This document shows, piece after piece, positions 9,901-18,655 of a DNA stretch of 64,000 nucleotides (within the stretch, counting starts at the first letter, position 1; every line of letters starts with the position of its first letter). This DNA is from an uncultured Opitutia bacterium (GTDB taxonomy: Bacteria > Verrucomicrobiota > Verrucomicrobiia > Opitutales > UBA953): contig CAISXT010000153.1 of the NCBI GenBank assembly GCA_903889525.1, forward strand, positions 2,340 to 66,339. Direction: 5' to 3'. The translations under genes were made by a program, and so were the position numbers. Under the pieces are notes generated by a model. The model was not told the DNA's origin. It searched no databases and saw nothing but the letters and a program-made list of their open reading frames with translations.

Positions 9901-12092
9901 TGAAATCCGGCTTTTATTACGTGTTGGGTTTATTGCTAGTCGCAGGCGCAAGTGTCCTGTCGGCTCAGTCACTGCCCGGTACGACGCCGCTGGAAGCGCA
10001 GGGGGATTACTCTGCAACCATGGTGAGCGGGATTGATCGCATGGCTTTACGTCTCATCGAAGCCTCCCGTGCCAGTCGTAAGCCTAATCGTGAAACCTTG
10101 AAAAATATCCTGGGTTTGGTCGACGTGCGCCTGCCGGGCGTCTCTCTGGAGTCGGTGGGAGATTCAAAGAACCCTGCGTTACTTGTAGAGAATGATGAGA
10201 TGATGGTCACCCGTGTGCGCTGGCGGGTGCTGGATGGGGTTGCGGGAGAAGGCATCCATATCCGCCCCAAGGGTAGGATTCTCGCCCGCGTGATCTGCCT
10301 GCCCGATGCCGACACCGAGCCGGAGCAGATGGTCTCGAAGCTCGCCTGGTTAGACGGTTGCGAAATCATCATTCCCGCCCTGATTAGTCGGGCGCCGGAG
10401 TTCAGTGATAGCCCTCGGTTAGGGATAAAGACCAATGTCCCGCATCGGGAGTGGATTTACCGTCAGTCCTTTGTGTTCGGGCGTCATATCATTGGATATG
10501 AGCTCCAGAAAACTTTAGCTTTGGTGGATTGGTGCAAGGCGTTGCCCGACCGGAAGCGTCTGATCGTCGCGGGTTATGGAGAGGGTGGCCTCCTCGCCTT
10601 GCATGCCGCCGCCCTCGATCCCCGCATCGATGGCGCCTTGGTCCGAGGTTATTTTGGACCGCGCGAAGGTGTCTGGGCTGAGCCTATCGATCGCAATGTT
10701 TTCGGTTTGCTCCGTGATTTCGGTGATGCGGAGGTGGCCTCGTTAATCGCTCCGCGCCCGCTGGTCATTAGTAACGAGGGCTTTCCGGTAGTGTCCGGGC
10801 CTCCGGCCGCCTCGCCAGGTCGCCGAGCAATCGCCGCCCCCGGACGCGTGACTGCCCCAGATTGGGCTTCAGTTCAGGCCGAAGGTGAGAAGGCCCGCCG
10901 CTTGGCGCCAGGTGATTGGTTGACCGTGCTGCCTGCCGGGCACCTCGGGCGTGATATGGCCGTAAAGTTATTGGGCGAAACGGCAGTGCAGGAAATCTTA
11001 AGTCAGGCCAAGCCCCGCGAGCCAATGCACGTGGCCATTGATGTGACTCGACAGGAACGGCTAGTCCGAGAGTTGGGGGCGTATTCGCAGAAGCTCATTG
11101 GGCTGACCGAAGCTGAGCGCGACCAGAATTTCTGGAAAAAGCTGCCGGTGGCTAATGTCGCCGAATTTGCGAAATACACCGCGGTTTATCGACGGCATTT
11201 AACCGAGGAGGTGATCGGCAAATTACCCGACCCAAATGTGCCCATGAATGCCCGCAGTCGTTTTCTCTGGGAGAACGATAAGGTCCGCGCTTATGAGGTC
11301 ACGCTCGACGTCTGGGAGGGCGTCATGGCCTGGGGTTGGCTGTGTGTGCCCAAGGATATCGGGCCGGATGAACGTCGACCAGTGGTAGTTTGTCAGCATG
11401 GCCTGGAAGGGCTGCCCGCCGATGTCTTCGCCGCCGACCCTAAAGCCCAAGCCTTCGGCTACTATCAGGCGTTCGCACTTCGTTTAGCCGAGCAGGGTTA
11501 TGTGACCTTCGCGCCCCATAACCCTTACCGCGGTTTCGATGCTTTCCGCACCTTGCAACGTAAGCTGAACCCGTTGAGCCTAACGCTTTACAGCGTGATC
11601 AATGGCCAACATCAACGCATCCTGGAGTGGCTGGGCTCACAGCCCTTCGTGCATCGCGAAAAGATTGCGTTCTACGGATTGAGTTATGGGGGCAAGAGTG
11701 CGATGCGGACGCCCGCATTATTGCCCGGGTATTGCCTGAGTATCTGCAGCGGAGATTTCAATGAATGGATTCGCAAGTGCGTTAGCGATGAGATGCCGAT
11801 GAGTTATCTCTTCGCCCCGGAGTACGAAATCTGGGAATGGAATCTCGCTCGCCAGGCGAACTATGCGGAGATGGCGGCCCTGATCGCCCCGCGACCTTTC
11901 ATGGTGGAGCGCGGCCATCGCGATGGCGTAGGGACGGATGAGTGGGTCAGCTATGAGTATGCCAAGGTGCGTCGACTCTACGATACACAAGGTATTCCCG
12001 CCCGGACGCGAATCGAATATTTCAACGCTGGTCACATGATTCACGGTGTGGGAACGTTTGAGTTCCTGCACGAGCACTTACCGGTGCGCTGA
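9900..12092 (+). CDS. Secreted tandem alpha/beta-hydrolase-fold protein (dienelactone hydrolase / acetylxylan esterase-like C-terminal half)
   Basis: The start overlaps the stop of the previous gene (TAATG at 9898-9902). The C-terminal half has the nucleophile elbow GLSYGGKS. The N-terminal half has GYGEGG at the equivalent position. Both halves contain LIAPRP. Confidence 0.65.
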   Translation: MKSGFYYVLGLLLVAGASVLSAQSLPGTTPLEAQGDYSATMVSGIDRMALRLIEASRASRKPNRETLKNILGLVDVRLPGVSLESVGDSKNPALLVENDEMMVTRVRWRVLDGVAGEGIHIRPKGRILARVICLPDADTEPEQMVSKLAWLDGCEIIIPALISRAPEFSDSPRLGIKTNVPHREWIYRQSFVFGRHIIGYELQKTLALVDWCKALPDRKRLIVAGYGEGGLLALHAAALDPRIDGALVRGYFGPREGVWAEPIDRNVFGLLRDFGDAEVASLIAPRPLVISNEGFPVVSGPPAASPGRRAIAAPGRVTAPDWASVQAEGEKARRLAPGDWLTVLPAGHLGRDMAVKLLGETAVQEILSQAKPREPMHVAIDVTRQERLVRELGAYSQKLIGLTEAERDQNFWKKLPVANVAEFAKYTAVYRRHLTEEVIGKLPDPNVPMNARSRFLWENDKVRAYEVTLDVWEGVMAWGWLCVPKDIGPDERRPVVVCQHGLEGLPADVFAADPKAQAFGYYQAFALRLAEQGYVTFAPHNPYRGFDAFRTLQRKLNPLSLTLYSVINGQHQRILEWLGSQPFVHREKIAFYGLSYGGKSAMRTPALLPGYCLSICSGDFNEWIRKCVSDEMPMSYLFAPEYEIWEWNLARQANYAEMAALIAPRPFMVERGHRDGVGTDEWVSYEYAKVRRLYDTQGIPARTRIEYFNAGHMIHGVGTFEFLHEHLPVR

Positions 12093-12101
12093 GCCGCTGG
12101 C

Positions 12102-13559
12102 CTATTTGGAAAGGCAGTCGATGACGTTGCGGGTGATGCGCATCACGGCCGGGTCGTTGCCCTGGAGCCCGTGCGCCCAGTCCGTGGAGCCAGTCGTGAA
12201 GACGGTGCCGCCACGGGTGTAAAGCCCCATGACCGAGTTGCCGACACGACCCTTTTCCCACTTCTCGTACCACTCGCAATCGCCAGCTTCCCAGCGGGCG
12301 GGGCAGGTGGCGAGGACTTCGAAATTCTTTGGGGTACCGTCGCTGCCCGTGGAGCGGGGTAGGCCGTTGTCCCAGATGAGTTCGCAACCGTCACATTCAT
12401 AACCGACAATGGAATCTTTGGCGCCTAAGGCGGCATCTTGCGTCAGCTCCGTGCCGGCAAAGACCCAATGCTGAGGGCGGTGAATCTTATAGGCCGCTGG
12501 TTCAGTCATGAATTGCCCGTGGCTCTTGCGATAGCCGCCCCAGAGGAAGCCGACCCCCGTCAGGGAGTTCTCCGGACGTTTCAGCAGATAGTGACTCCAC
12601 GCCGTCGAGAGAGTCGCCATCTCCCGTGCCTTGAACATCGGATCCACAAAGTAGTTCTGTTTGAAGCACGTCAGGGCTTGGCCTTGGGCTTCGCTTCGTA
12701 CCTGCCAGCAGCAGGTGTTGCCGCTGAAGAAGGCGACGTTGCCGCCCGCTCCGATAAAGGCCTCCAGATGGTCGCGCATCGGGGCGGACCAATACTCGTC
12801 ATGCCCGACGCTCAGTACGAGTTTGTAGGCTTTTAGAATTTCAGGATGAAATTCGAGGTCACTATTGGCGGCGTATTCGAATTCGTAACCGTTGCGTTCT
12901 GCCCATTGGACGAAGCCCTGCTCCCAGCGTGAAAACTGGCTCGCGGGTGGGCGCTCGAAGGAGACGCGCGTGCCTTGGACGCCCCCGCGCCCGTTGTAGG
13001 CGTAGAGGCTCGTGCCGCCCCAGTTGTTGTAGGCGTTATAGGTGTTGGTGGAAAGTTGGAGTAAGATGTTGGATTTCGCGCCGGGCACCGCTGGGCGGAC
13101 GACAAAGAAGCAACTGCCGATGGCCGACACCGCGCTACGGTGGACGAACTTACCGCCCCGATCATCGGCCCGTAGGGTGACTTTGTAATAGCCGCTTCGC
13201 CATTCCATCGGAATCTTGACGGTCGTCGCGGCCGGCCAGCCGCAGCCTTGGGCGGAGGCCAGCTCCGGAATCGGATATTCTTTGCCGGCAATGGGCTTCG
13301 GGGATTTCCAGACGATTTCTTCTTTCGCCCCGATACGGCTCACTTCAACGGTGTAGCTCGGCGCAGAAGTCGAAATGTGCAAGGTGGCCTCTTCGCCTTG
13401 AGCGTAACTGACTTTGCCTGCATAGCCTTCGATGAAAGATGCTGGGCCGTCCTGAGCCTTCAGCCCAAGGGCGGTGCCTAGGGCGATGAGCGTTGAGCTT
13501 GAGCGGATAAACTCACGGCGAGATTGGGCGCGGGCGGCCTCGGCGGCTGGGGATTTCAT
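12102..13559 (-). CDS. Tat-exported N,N-dimethylformamidase beta-subunit-like family protein (function unknown)
   Basis: Has a twin-arginine leader, SRREFIRSSSTLIALGTALG. The motifs NNWGGTSLYAY, GHDEYWS and VAFFSGNTCCWQVR match my recollection of the DMFase large-subunit-like family. Confidence 0.5.
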   Translation of the reverse strand: MKSPAAEAARAQSRREFIRSSSTLIALGTALGLKAQDGPASFIEGYAGKVSYAQGEEATLHISTSAPSYTVEVSRIGAKEEIVWKSPKPIAGKEYPIPELASAQGCGWPAATTVKIPMEWRSGYYKVTLRADDRGGKFVHRSAVSAIGSCFFVVRPAVPGAKSNILLQLSTNTYNAYNNWGGTSLYAYNGRGGVQGTRVSFERPPASQFSRWEQGFVQWAERNGYEFEYAANSDLEFHPEILKAYKLVLSVGHDEYWSAPMRDHLEAFIGAGGNVAFFSGNTCCWQVRSEAQGQALTCFKQNYFVDPMFKAREMATLSTAWSHYLLKRPENSLTGVGFLWGGYRKSHGQFMTEPAAYKIHRPQHWVFAGTELTQDAALGAKDSIVGYECDGCELIWDNGLPRSTGSDGTPKNFEVLATCPARWEAGDCEWYEKWEKGRVGNSVMGLYTRGGTVFTTGSTDWAHGLQGNDPAVMRITRNVIDCLSK

Positions 13560-13565
13560 GGCGGT

Positions 13566-16103
13566 TCAGTGGGGTTGGGAAAGGAAAGCTAGCAAATCGC
13601 GTAATTCGCTGTCGGTCAGGGTGAGAACGAGGCCTGGCGGCATCAGCGAGGTTTTGAGTTCTTCGTGGGAGAGTATTTCTTTCTTCCGGAAAGTGCGTTC
13701 CTTGCCTGCGATATCGCGGTAGGTCTCAACTTCTGATGAGCGCAGCAGGATGCCAACGAACGTTGTGCCGTCGGCGAGCTTGAGCTGCGTTGGGAAATAT
13801 TGCGGAGCGACTTCACGGCTCGGCTCGAGAATTGATTGCAAGATGCCGGCCCGGTCAGTCTGGCGGCTAATAAGCGTGAGGTCAGGGCCGACGACGTTGC
13901 CTCGGCCATCGTGACGGTGGCAGCTTGCGCACATCGCCAGTTTGGGGTGGGCGAACAGTCGACGACCCACTTCCAGATCGGGTTTACCGGGCAGGGCGTC
14001 GAGCCGGCGTAACCAGCTGATGGTATCCTTGAAATCAGGCCGACCCGCGTAGAGCGTGTTAGTATCTGTGAGTGCATTGACCAAGGGGAGTATTTCCGGA
14101 CTGGCGGATGCTAGACTCTTGAGCGCTTTAGTATCCGTCGCGCTGAGGCTGCTGAAGCGCAGAGCGCGGAGGGCTTCATCGCGGATTTGATGTTTAGCGT
14201 GAGCGGTCAAGGAAAGTAGCAAGACCGCGTGCTCAGGGCGATCGGAAGTCGAGATTCCCGCGATGGCATCGGCCCGCAGGGCGGCATCAGCCGATTCGTC
14301 GGCCGCAACTTTTGCGAGTAAAGCGTGGGCATCTGCTGAGTTCCGGCCGACGGCGCTCCGGACGGTTTCACGGGATAGTTCGGGATCACCGACAGCCAGA
14401 AGCTCGCGCATCAGATTTACCGTAAGCTGCTTGGAGACCTCGGGCATCAATCGGAGCGCATAACTGCGGATGCGCGGGGGTGCGGATGGGTTGACGATAT
14501 AGCTACCGAGCACTTGGGCATCAGTGACGCCGGCTTCAGGTTTGCCGAGAAGTGTGTTGCGGGCGGCGAGGGCTGCCTCAAACAGCCGGTAATCCAAGTC
14601 GGGTTGATGGAGCGTCTGTTCGACGTGGGGCAGAAAGGCGGTGAGGACGCCATCGGCGATCCAGCGCAGGCATTCAAAGCGTACTTCCACATCCTTGTCA
14701 TCAAGGAGGGCGCGTATCCAGCGGTCGTCAGCGATGTCGAGGCGTCTTAGGGCCACGAGCGTCCAGGCGCGATCTCCGGCGGACAAAGAACGCAGGTCAG
14801 CGGGTGGGCGCTGGGACCAGTTTCGGGCGAGGGCCGCCAAGGCGGAGTCGGCCAGAATGCGATCGGTGCCGCGGACGTGTTGGTGGAGTTCTGGATCGGC
14901 GAGATGGCTTTTACCTGACCGTAGCTCATCGGCGAGACGTGACGTTGCGTTCGGAGTGTCAATCGCGGGCTTCAGCCAGGCTGCCTTGCTTCGATCAATT
15001 TCCATCTTCCAAATCCGGCCTTTGCCGTGGATGGGATAGGAACTCCAGACCCAGTCATTGAAATAGAAGGCGCCGTCAGAACCGGCCGCTAGGCAGGTTG
15101 GCCGGAAGAACTCTCCACCCCGGATAAGGGTGATTTTCTTGGCTGTGTAGTCGGCGCCCTGGCGGGTGAGTGGATAATATTCCACGCAATGATCGCTCCA
15201 GGATGGGATGAGGACGCCTCCGCCGAGCTCGACGACGGAGCACGGGCCTTCGCCTGAGGGGCGAATCATGCCGAGCGTGCCGCGGAGTTCGCCATTCCAG
15301 GCCACGAAGGGGTGAATCGGCCCGGAGCCATAGACCCATTGGAAGCCGTAGTCGGCGCCTTCATGCACGCGGAGTAGGCGGCAGGGCGGGCGGCTGCCGG
15401 GGTCGTTATCCGCGGCGAAGATTTCGCCGTCGCTACGTACCATGATACCGAAGGGATTCCAGAATCCGCGGGCGATGCGCCGTAGACCAGTGCCGTCGGG
15501 ATGGCAGGTGAAGAAGCCGCCTTCGCCTCGTCCGTTAAGTTTCCGCTCATCGCGGCCTGAAAGCACCCAGTCCTTGCCGAAGTTCTCACCGAGTGAAAAC
15601 ACGAGGTCGCCGTTAAGCGCCCACGCTAAGCCGGATAGACCATTGTGCGGATAGTCTGTCACCGTCGCGAGCGTGGTGACGTTCTCTTCGACGTCGGCCT
15701 TCCCGTCGCCATCGGTATCCTTGAGGCGCAGAATTCGATTACGTTGGGAGACGTAGACCCAGCCGTCTTTCCCCAGTTTCAGATTCATCGTCTTATCGGT
15801 CTGGTTGTAAAAGACGCGGCGATTCTTGCCGGACTTGTCGAAGACCAGAATTTCGTCATGGGCCGGTCCGACGTAATCAGCCGGGCGAAAATGCGTATGC
15901 GAGGAGATCGTCCACAGGTTGCCTTGGGCGTCGACATCGAGTCCCGTCGGTGTAGCGATATCGGGATGTTCAATCAGCAGCGTGAGTTTTATGCCAGGCT
16001 GCAGAATCTGGATCTCTGAGGGCAGTGCCGTCGGCACAACCGGGGATTTCACCGGGTCAGCGGCCAGCGCCAACGCGGCGAAGAAGGGCAGGAGCAGGCG
16101 CAT
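13566..16103 (-). CDS. PVC-type heme-binding CxxCH protein (membrane-bound-dehydrogenase-like beta-propeller + HEAT repeats + C-terminal cytochrome c domain)
   Basis: Has a signal peptide, a propeller region containing DTDGDGKAD, a HEAT-like helical middle, and the C-terminal heme motif CASCHRHDGRGNVVGPDL. Confidence 0.8.
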   Translation of the reverse strand: MRLLLPFFAALALAADPVKSPVVPTALPSEIQILQPGIKLTLLIEHPDIATPTGLDVDAQGNLWTISSHTHFRPADYVGPAHDEILVFDKSGKNRRVFYNQTDKTMNLKLGKDGWVYVSQRNRILRLKDTDGDGKADVEENVTTLATVTDYPHNGLSGLAWALNGDLVFSLGENFGKDWVLSGRDERKLNGRGEGGFFTCHPDGTGLRRIARGFWNPFGIMVRSDGEIFAADNDPGSRPPCRLLRVHEGADYGFQWVYGSGPIHPFVAWNGELRGTLGMIRPSGEGPCSVVELGGGVLIPSWSDHCVEYYPLTRQGADYTAKKITLIRGGEFFRPTCLAAGSDGAFYFNDWVWSSYPIHGKGRIWKMEIDRSKAAWLKPAIDTPNATSRLADELRSGKSHLADPELHQHVRGTDRILADSALAALARNWSQRPPADLRSLSAGDRAWTLVALRRLDIADDRWIRALLDDKDVEVRFECLRWIADGVLTAFLPHVEQTLHQPDLDYRLFEAALAARNTLLGKPEAGVTDAQVLGSYIVNPSAPPRIRSYALRLMPEVSKQLTVNLMRELLAVGDPELSRETVRSAVGRNSADAHALLAKVAADESADAALRADAIAGISTSDRPEHAVLLLSLTAHAKHQIRDEALRALRFSSLSATDTKALKSLASASPEILPLVNALTDTNTLYAGRPDFKDTISWLRRLDALPGKPDLEVGRRLFAHPKLAMCASCHRHDGRGNVVGPDLTLISRQTDRAGILQSILEPSREVAPQYFPTQLKLADGTTFVGILLRSSEVETYRDIAGKERTFRKKEILSHEELKTSLMPPGLVLTLTDSELRDLLAFLSQPH

Positions 16104-16186
16104 TGCGTCGATGGGGTGACCCTAGGACATCGCCAACCTTATCAGGTTGCTAGATTAATGATATACGACAGCAATCGCTCATCCCC

Positions 16187-17335
16187 ATGAAACGCCGTGA
16201 TTTCCTCACCGCCTCGGCGTTAGCCCTATCGGCTTCACTCCTTCGTGCTCAGACCGCCGAGCGTCCGCTCACGGTCGGCGTCATCGGTCATACTGGCCAA
16301 GGTAACTACGGGCATGGCGAAGACGCCGTCTGGCTGAAGATTCCGCAGACGAAAATCATCGCCGTCGCGGACGCCGATGCCAAGGGCCTGGGGCTTGAAG
16401 CCAAGAAGCTCGGGGTCGTAAAAGCCTATACCGATTACCGAGTCATGCTCGCTGAAGCCAAGCCGGATATCGTAGCCATCTGCACCCGGCATATCCATGA
16501 GCATCGCGACATGATCGTCGCGGCTATCGAAGCGGGCGTGAAGGGTGTTTACATTGAAAAACCTTTCGTGCGTACCTTGGTCGAGGCGGACGAGATTACG
16601 AAACTTTGCACAGATAAGGGCGTGCGCCTAGCCATCGCTCATCGCAATCGTTATCACCCTGTCCTCGATACCGTGAAGCAGCTTATCGCCGCCGGTGAAA
16701 TCGGCGCCCTCCAGGAAGTCCGCGTGCGCGGGAAGCAAGACCAGCGTGGGGGTGGCCTCGACCTCTGGGTGCTGGGTGGTCATGGCTTCAACCTCGCGAC
16801 CCTCTTCACCGGTCCGGCAATCTCGTGCGAGGCCACGATCCTCGTCGAAAGCCGTCCGGCGACAAAGGCAGATATTCATCCGGGTGACGAAGGCGTCGGT
16901 CCGATCGTCGGCGACGAAGTCCATGCCCGCTATGAGACCAAGAGTGGGATTCCGTTGTACTTCGATTCAAAGAAAGGGACTTGGAAGAGCGGCGTTCCAT
17001 TCGGGGCGCGCCTCATCGGGACCAAGGGTGTTATCTCCTTGCAGGTCGACGAGGAGCCTCTGGCGATCCTCGAGCGCGACGGAACCAAGATCCCGATTAC
17101 CACGGCAGGCATCGGGAAGCCGGAGCCCATCAAGGACATTAAGCTCGTCAACGCCGGCCACCATGGTGCCGTCCGTGATCTATTAGCCTCCATCGCCGAC
17201 AAGCGCGACCCTCTCTGCGGACCGGAGGCAGGCCGCGAGACCGTCGAACTGACCCAAGCGGTCTTCGCGTCGTTCGCTACCGGCGGGAAGAAGGTCACGC
17301 TCCCGTTGGTTGATCGACTGCATCCTTTGCGCTGA
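16187..17335 (+). CDS. Tat-exported Gfo/Idh/MocA family oxidoreductase
   Basis: Has a twin-arginine leader, MKRRDFLTASALALSASLL, and an N-terminal Rossmann segment, TVGVIGHTGQGNYG. The EKP motif (YIEKPF) is typical of Gfo/Idh/MocA enzymes. Confidence 0.8.
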   Translation: MKRRDFLTASALALSASLLRAQTAERPLTVGVIGHTGQGNYGHGEDAVWLKIPQTKIIAVADADAKGLGLEAKKLGVVKAYTDYRVMLAEAKPDIVAICTRHIHEHRDMIVAAIEAGVKGVYIEKPFVRTLVEADEITKLCTDKGVRLAIAHRNRYHPVLDTVKQLIAAGEIGALQEVRVRGKQDQRGGGLDLWVLGGHGFNLATLFTGPAISCEATILVESRPATKADIHPGDEGVGPIVGDEVHARYETKSGIPLYFDSKKGTWKSGVPFGARLIGTKGVISLQVDEEPLAILERDGTKIPITTAGIGKPEPIKDIKLVNAGHHGAVRDLLASIADKRDPLCGPEAGRETVELTQAVFASFATGGKKVTLPLVDRLHPLR

Positions 17336-17339
17336 ACGC

Positions 17340-18551
17340 TTAGCGGACCGTCGCCGCGCAGACCATCTCGAGGATGCGAGCGATGCTGTAGTTCTCGTTG
17401 AAGTTGTTCTTCGGGTGAGCAGGCGGGGTCGTATGCGTACCGAAATTATCTGGACCCTGGGGGAGGCGGGTCAGGTCAGGGTTCCATTGGCCATCGGGGC
17501 CGCCCATCTTGTAGATGACGAGGTCCAGGGAGGGCACGATGTAGAGACAGAAGCCGCCGGCTCCTGTTTTGTAAAAGGCGTCACGTGGGGCGCCGACGAT
17601 GTGGCCATCGGCGTTGTGTTCGAATTGCAAACTGAACGGTCCGTGGGGATTGTAGGGCAGCGGGGAGCGGCAGAGCTTGAGGTAGTCTGACGGGACGAGT
17701 TGGCGTCCTTCCCAGCGACCATCATGCGCGAGGCAATAGCCGAAACGGGCGGCATCGGTGGAATGGAGGGCAATACTACCCGCGCCGTTAGCGTGCTTCA
17801 TGGTGACATCGCCGCGGAAGAGACAGTAACCCCAGGAACCCCAACCCATGGGCTTAGCAAACTTCTCGCCGATATAGTCCTGAAGTTCTTGGCCAGTGAC
17901 GCGGCGCAGGACCATTGAAGCGATGTGCGGGGCCGGCGACGAGTAGGAGTAGCCTTCACCGGGGCCCGCCCAGAGCGGTGCCCGGAGCGAGGAGCCATCG
18001 ACATCGCGGATGTCCTGTCCTTTGCCCGACTTGAGCTGGCGGAACTCTCCTTGGACGACCGCGGAAGGTGTGGCGCCTTCGCCGTTGTGGCCCGAGGTCA
18101 TGCAGAGCAAGTGGCCGAGAGTGATGTCAGCCTCACGTGGATCGCGTAAGGGGAGGGCTTCGGGCAGGAACTCTTTTGTGTACACCTTGGTGTCGAGGCC
18201 ATGCGGAATCTTTACTTTAAATTCTTCCAGCATAACGCCGCAGGCGATGCTGGTGAACGCTTTGCCTGTGGAGGCCATGTCCGGATTGGCATGGCGATGG
18301 GCGAGACCGTAATATTTCTCCAGCACCAGGTAGCCTTTGCTAATCACCACGAGGCCGCCGTTCGGGGCGTTCGAAAACTCCGTGGCATGATAGGCTTGTT
18401 CCAGCCGGTCCAGGTCAACGCCAGCGAGCGCCCGGGCTTCGGTGGCATCCTTTGGTGTGCGCCAGCCGCCTTGCGCATCCGAGGGGGGGAAGTATTCGGC
18501 CGCGCTGGCGGCGAGGGCGAGGAACGGTAGCAATAAGGCGGCTGATTTCAT
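17340..18551 (-). CDS. Secreted serine hydrolase, beta-lactamase/class-C-like family
   Basis: Has a signal peptide and an S-x-x-K motif (ASTGKAFTS). Length is 403 aa. Confidence 0.7.
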   Translation of the reverse strand: MKSAALLLPFLALAASAAEYFPPSDAQGGWRTPKDATEARALAGVDLDRLEQAYHATEFSNAPNGGLVVISKGYLVLEKYYGLAHRHANPDMASTGKAFTSIACGVMLEEFKVKIPHGLDTKVYTKEFLPEALPLRDPREADITLGHLLCMTSGHNGEGATPSAVVQGEFRQLKSGKGQDIRDVDGSSLRAPLWAGPGEGYSYSSPAPHIASMVLRRVTGQELQDYIGEKFAKPMGWGSWGYCLFRGDVTMKHANGAGSIALHSTDAARFGYCLAHDGRWEGRQLVPSDYLKLCRSPLPYNPHGPFSLQFEHNADGHIVGAPRDAFYKTGAGGFCLYIVPSLDLVIYKMGGPDGQWNPDLTRLPQGPDNFGTHTTPPAHPKNNFNENYSIARILEMVCAATVR

Positions 18552-18655
18552 GGGTAAGTGGTGGGACAGCGGGGTGGCTGTAAGGTTTGGCGGAATCTGT
18601 GGGCCAAGGCGAGGGCAGGTTTGACCCCGGGCGGCGGCCTGTTCATACGAAACTT

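Noticed and set aside
16134-16149. Palindrome CAACCT-TATC-AGGTTG in the divergent promoter region
   Set aside because: The arms are only 6 bp, which can easily arise by chance. I saw no second copy in the other promoter regions of the window, so I do not call it an operator.
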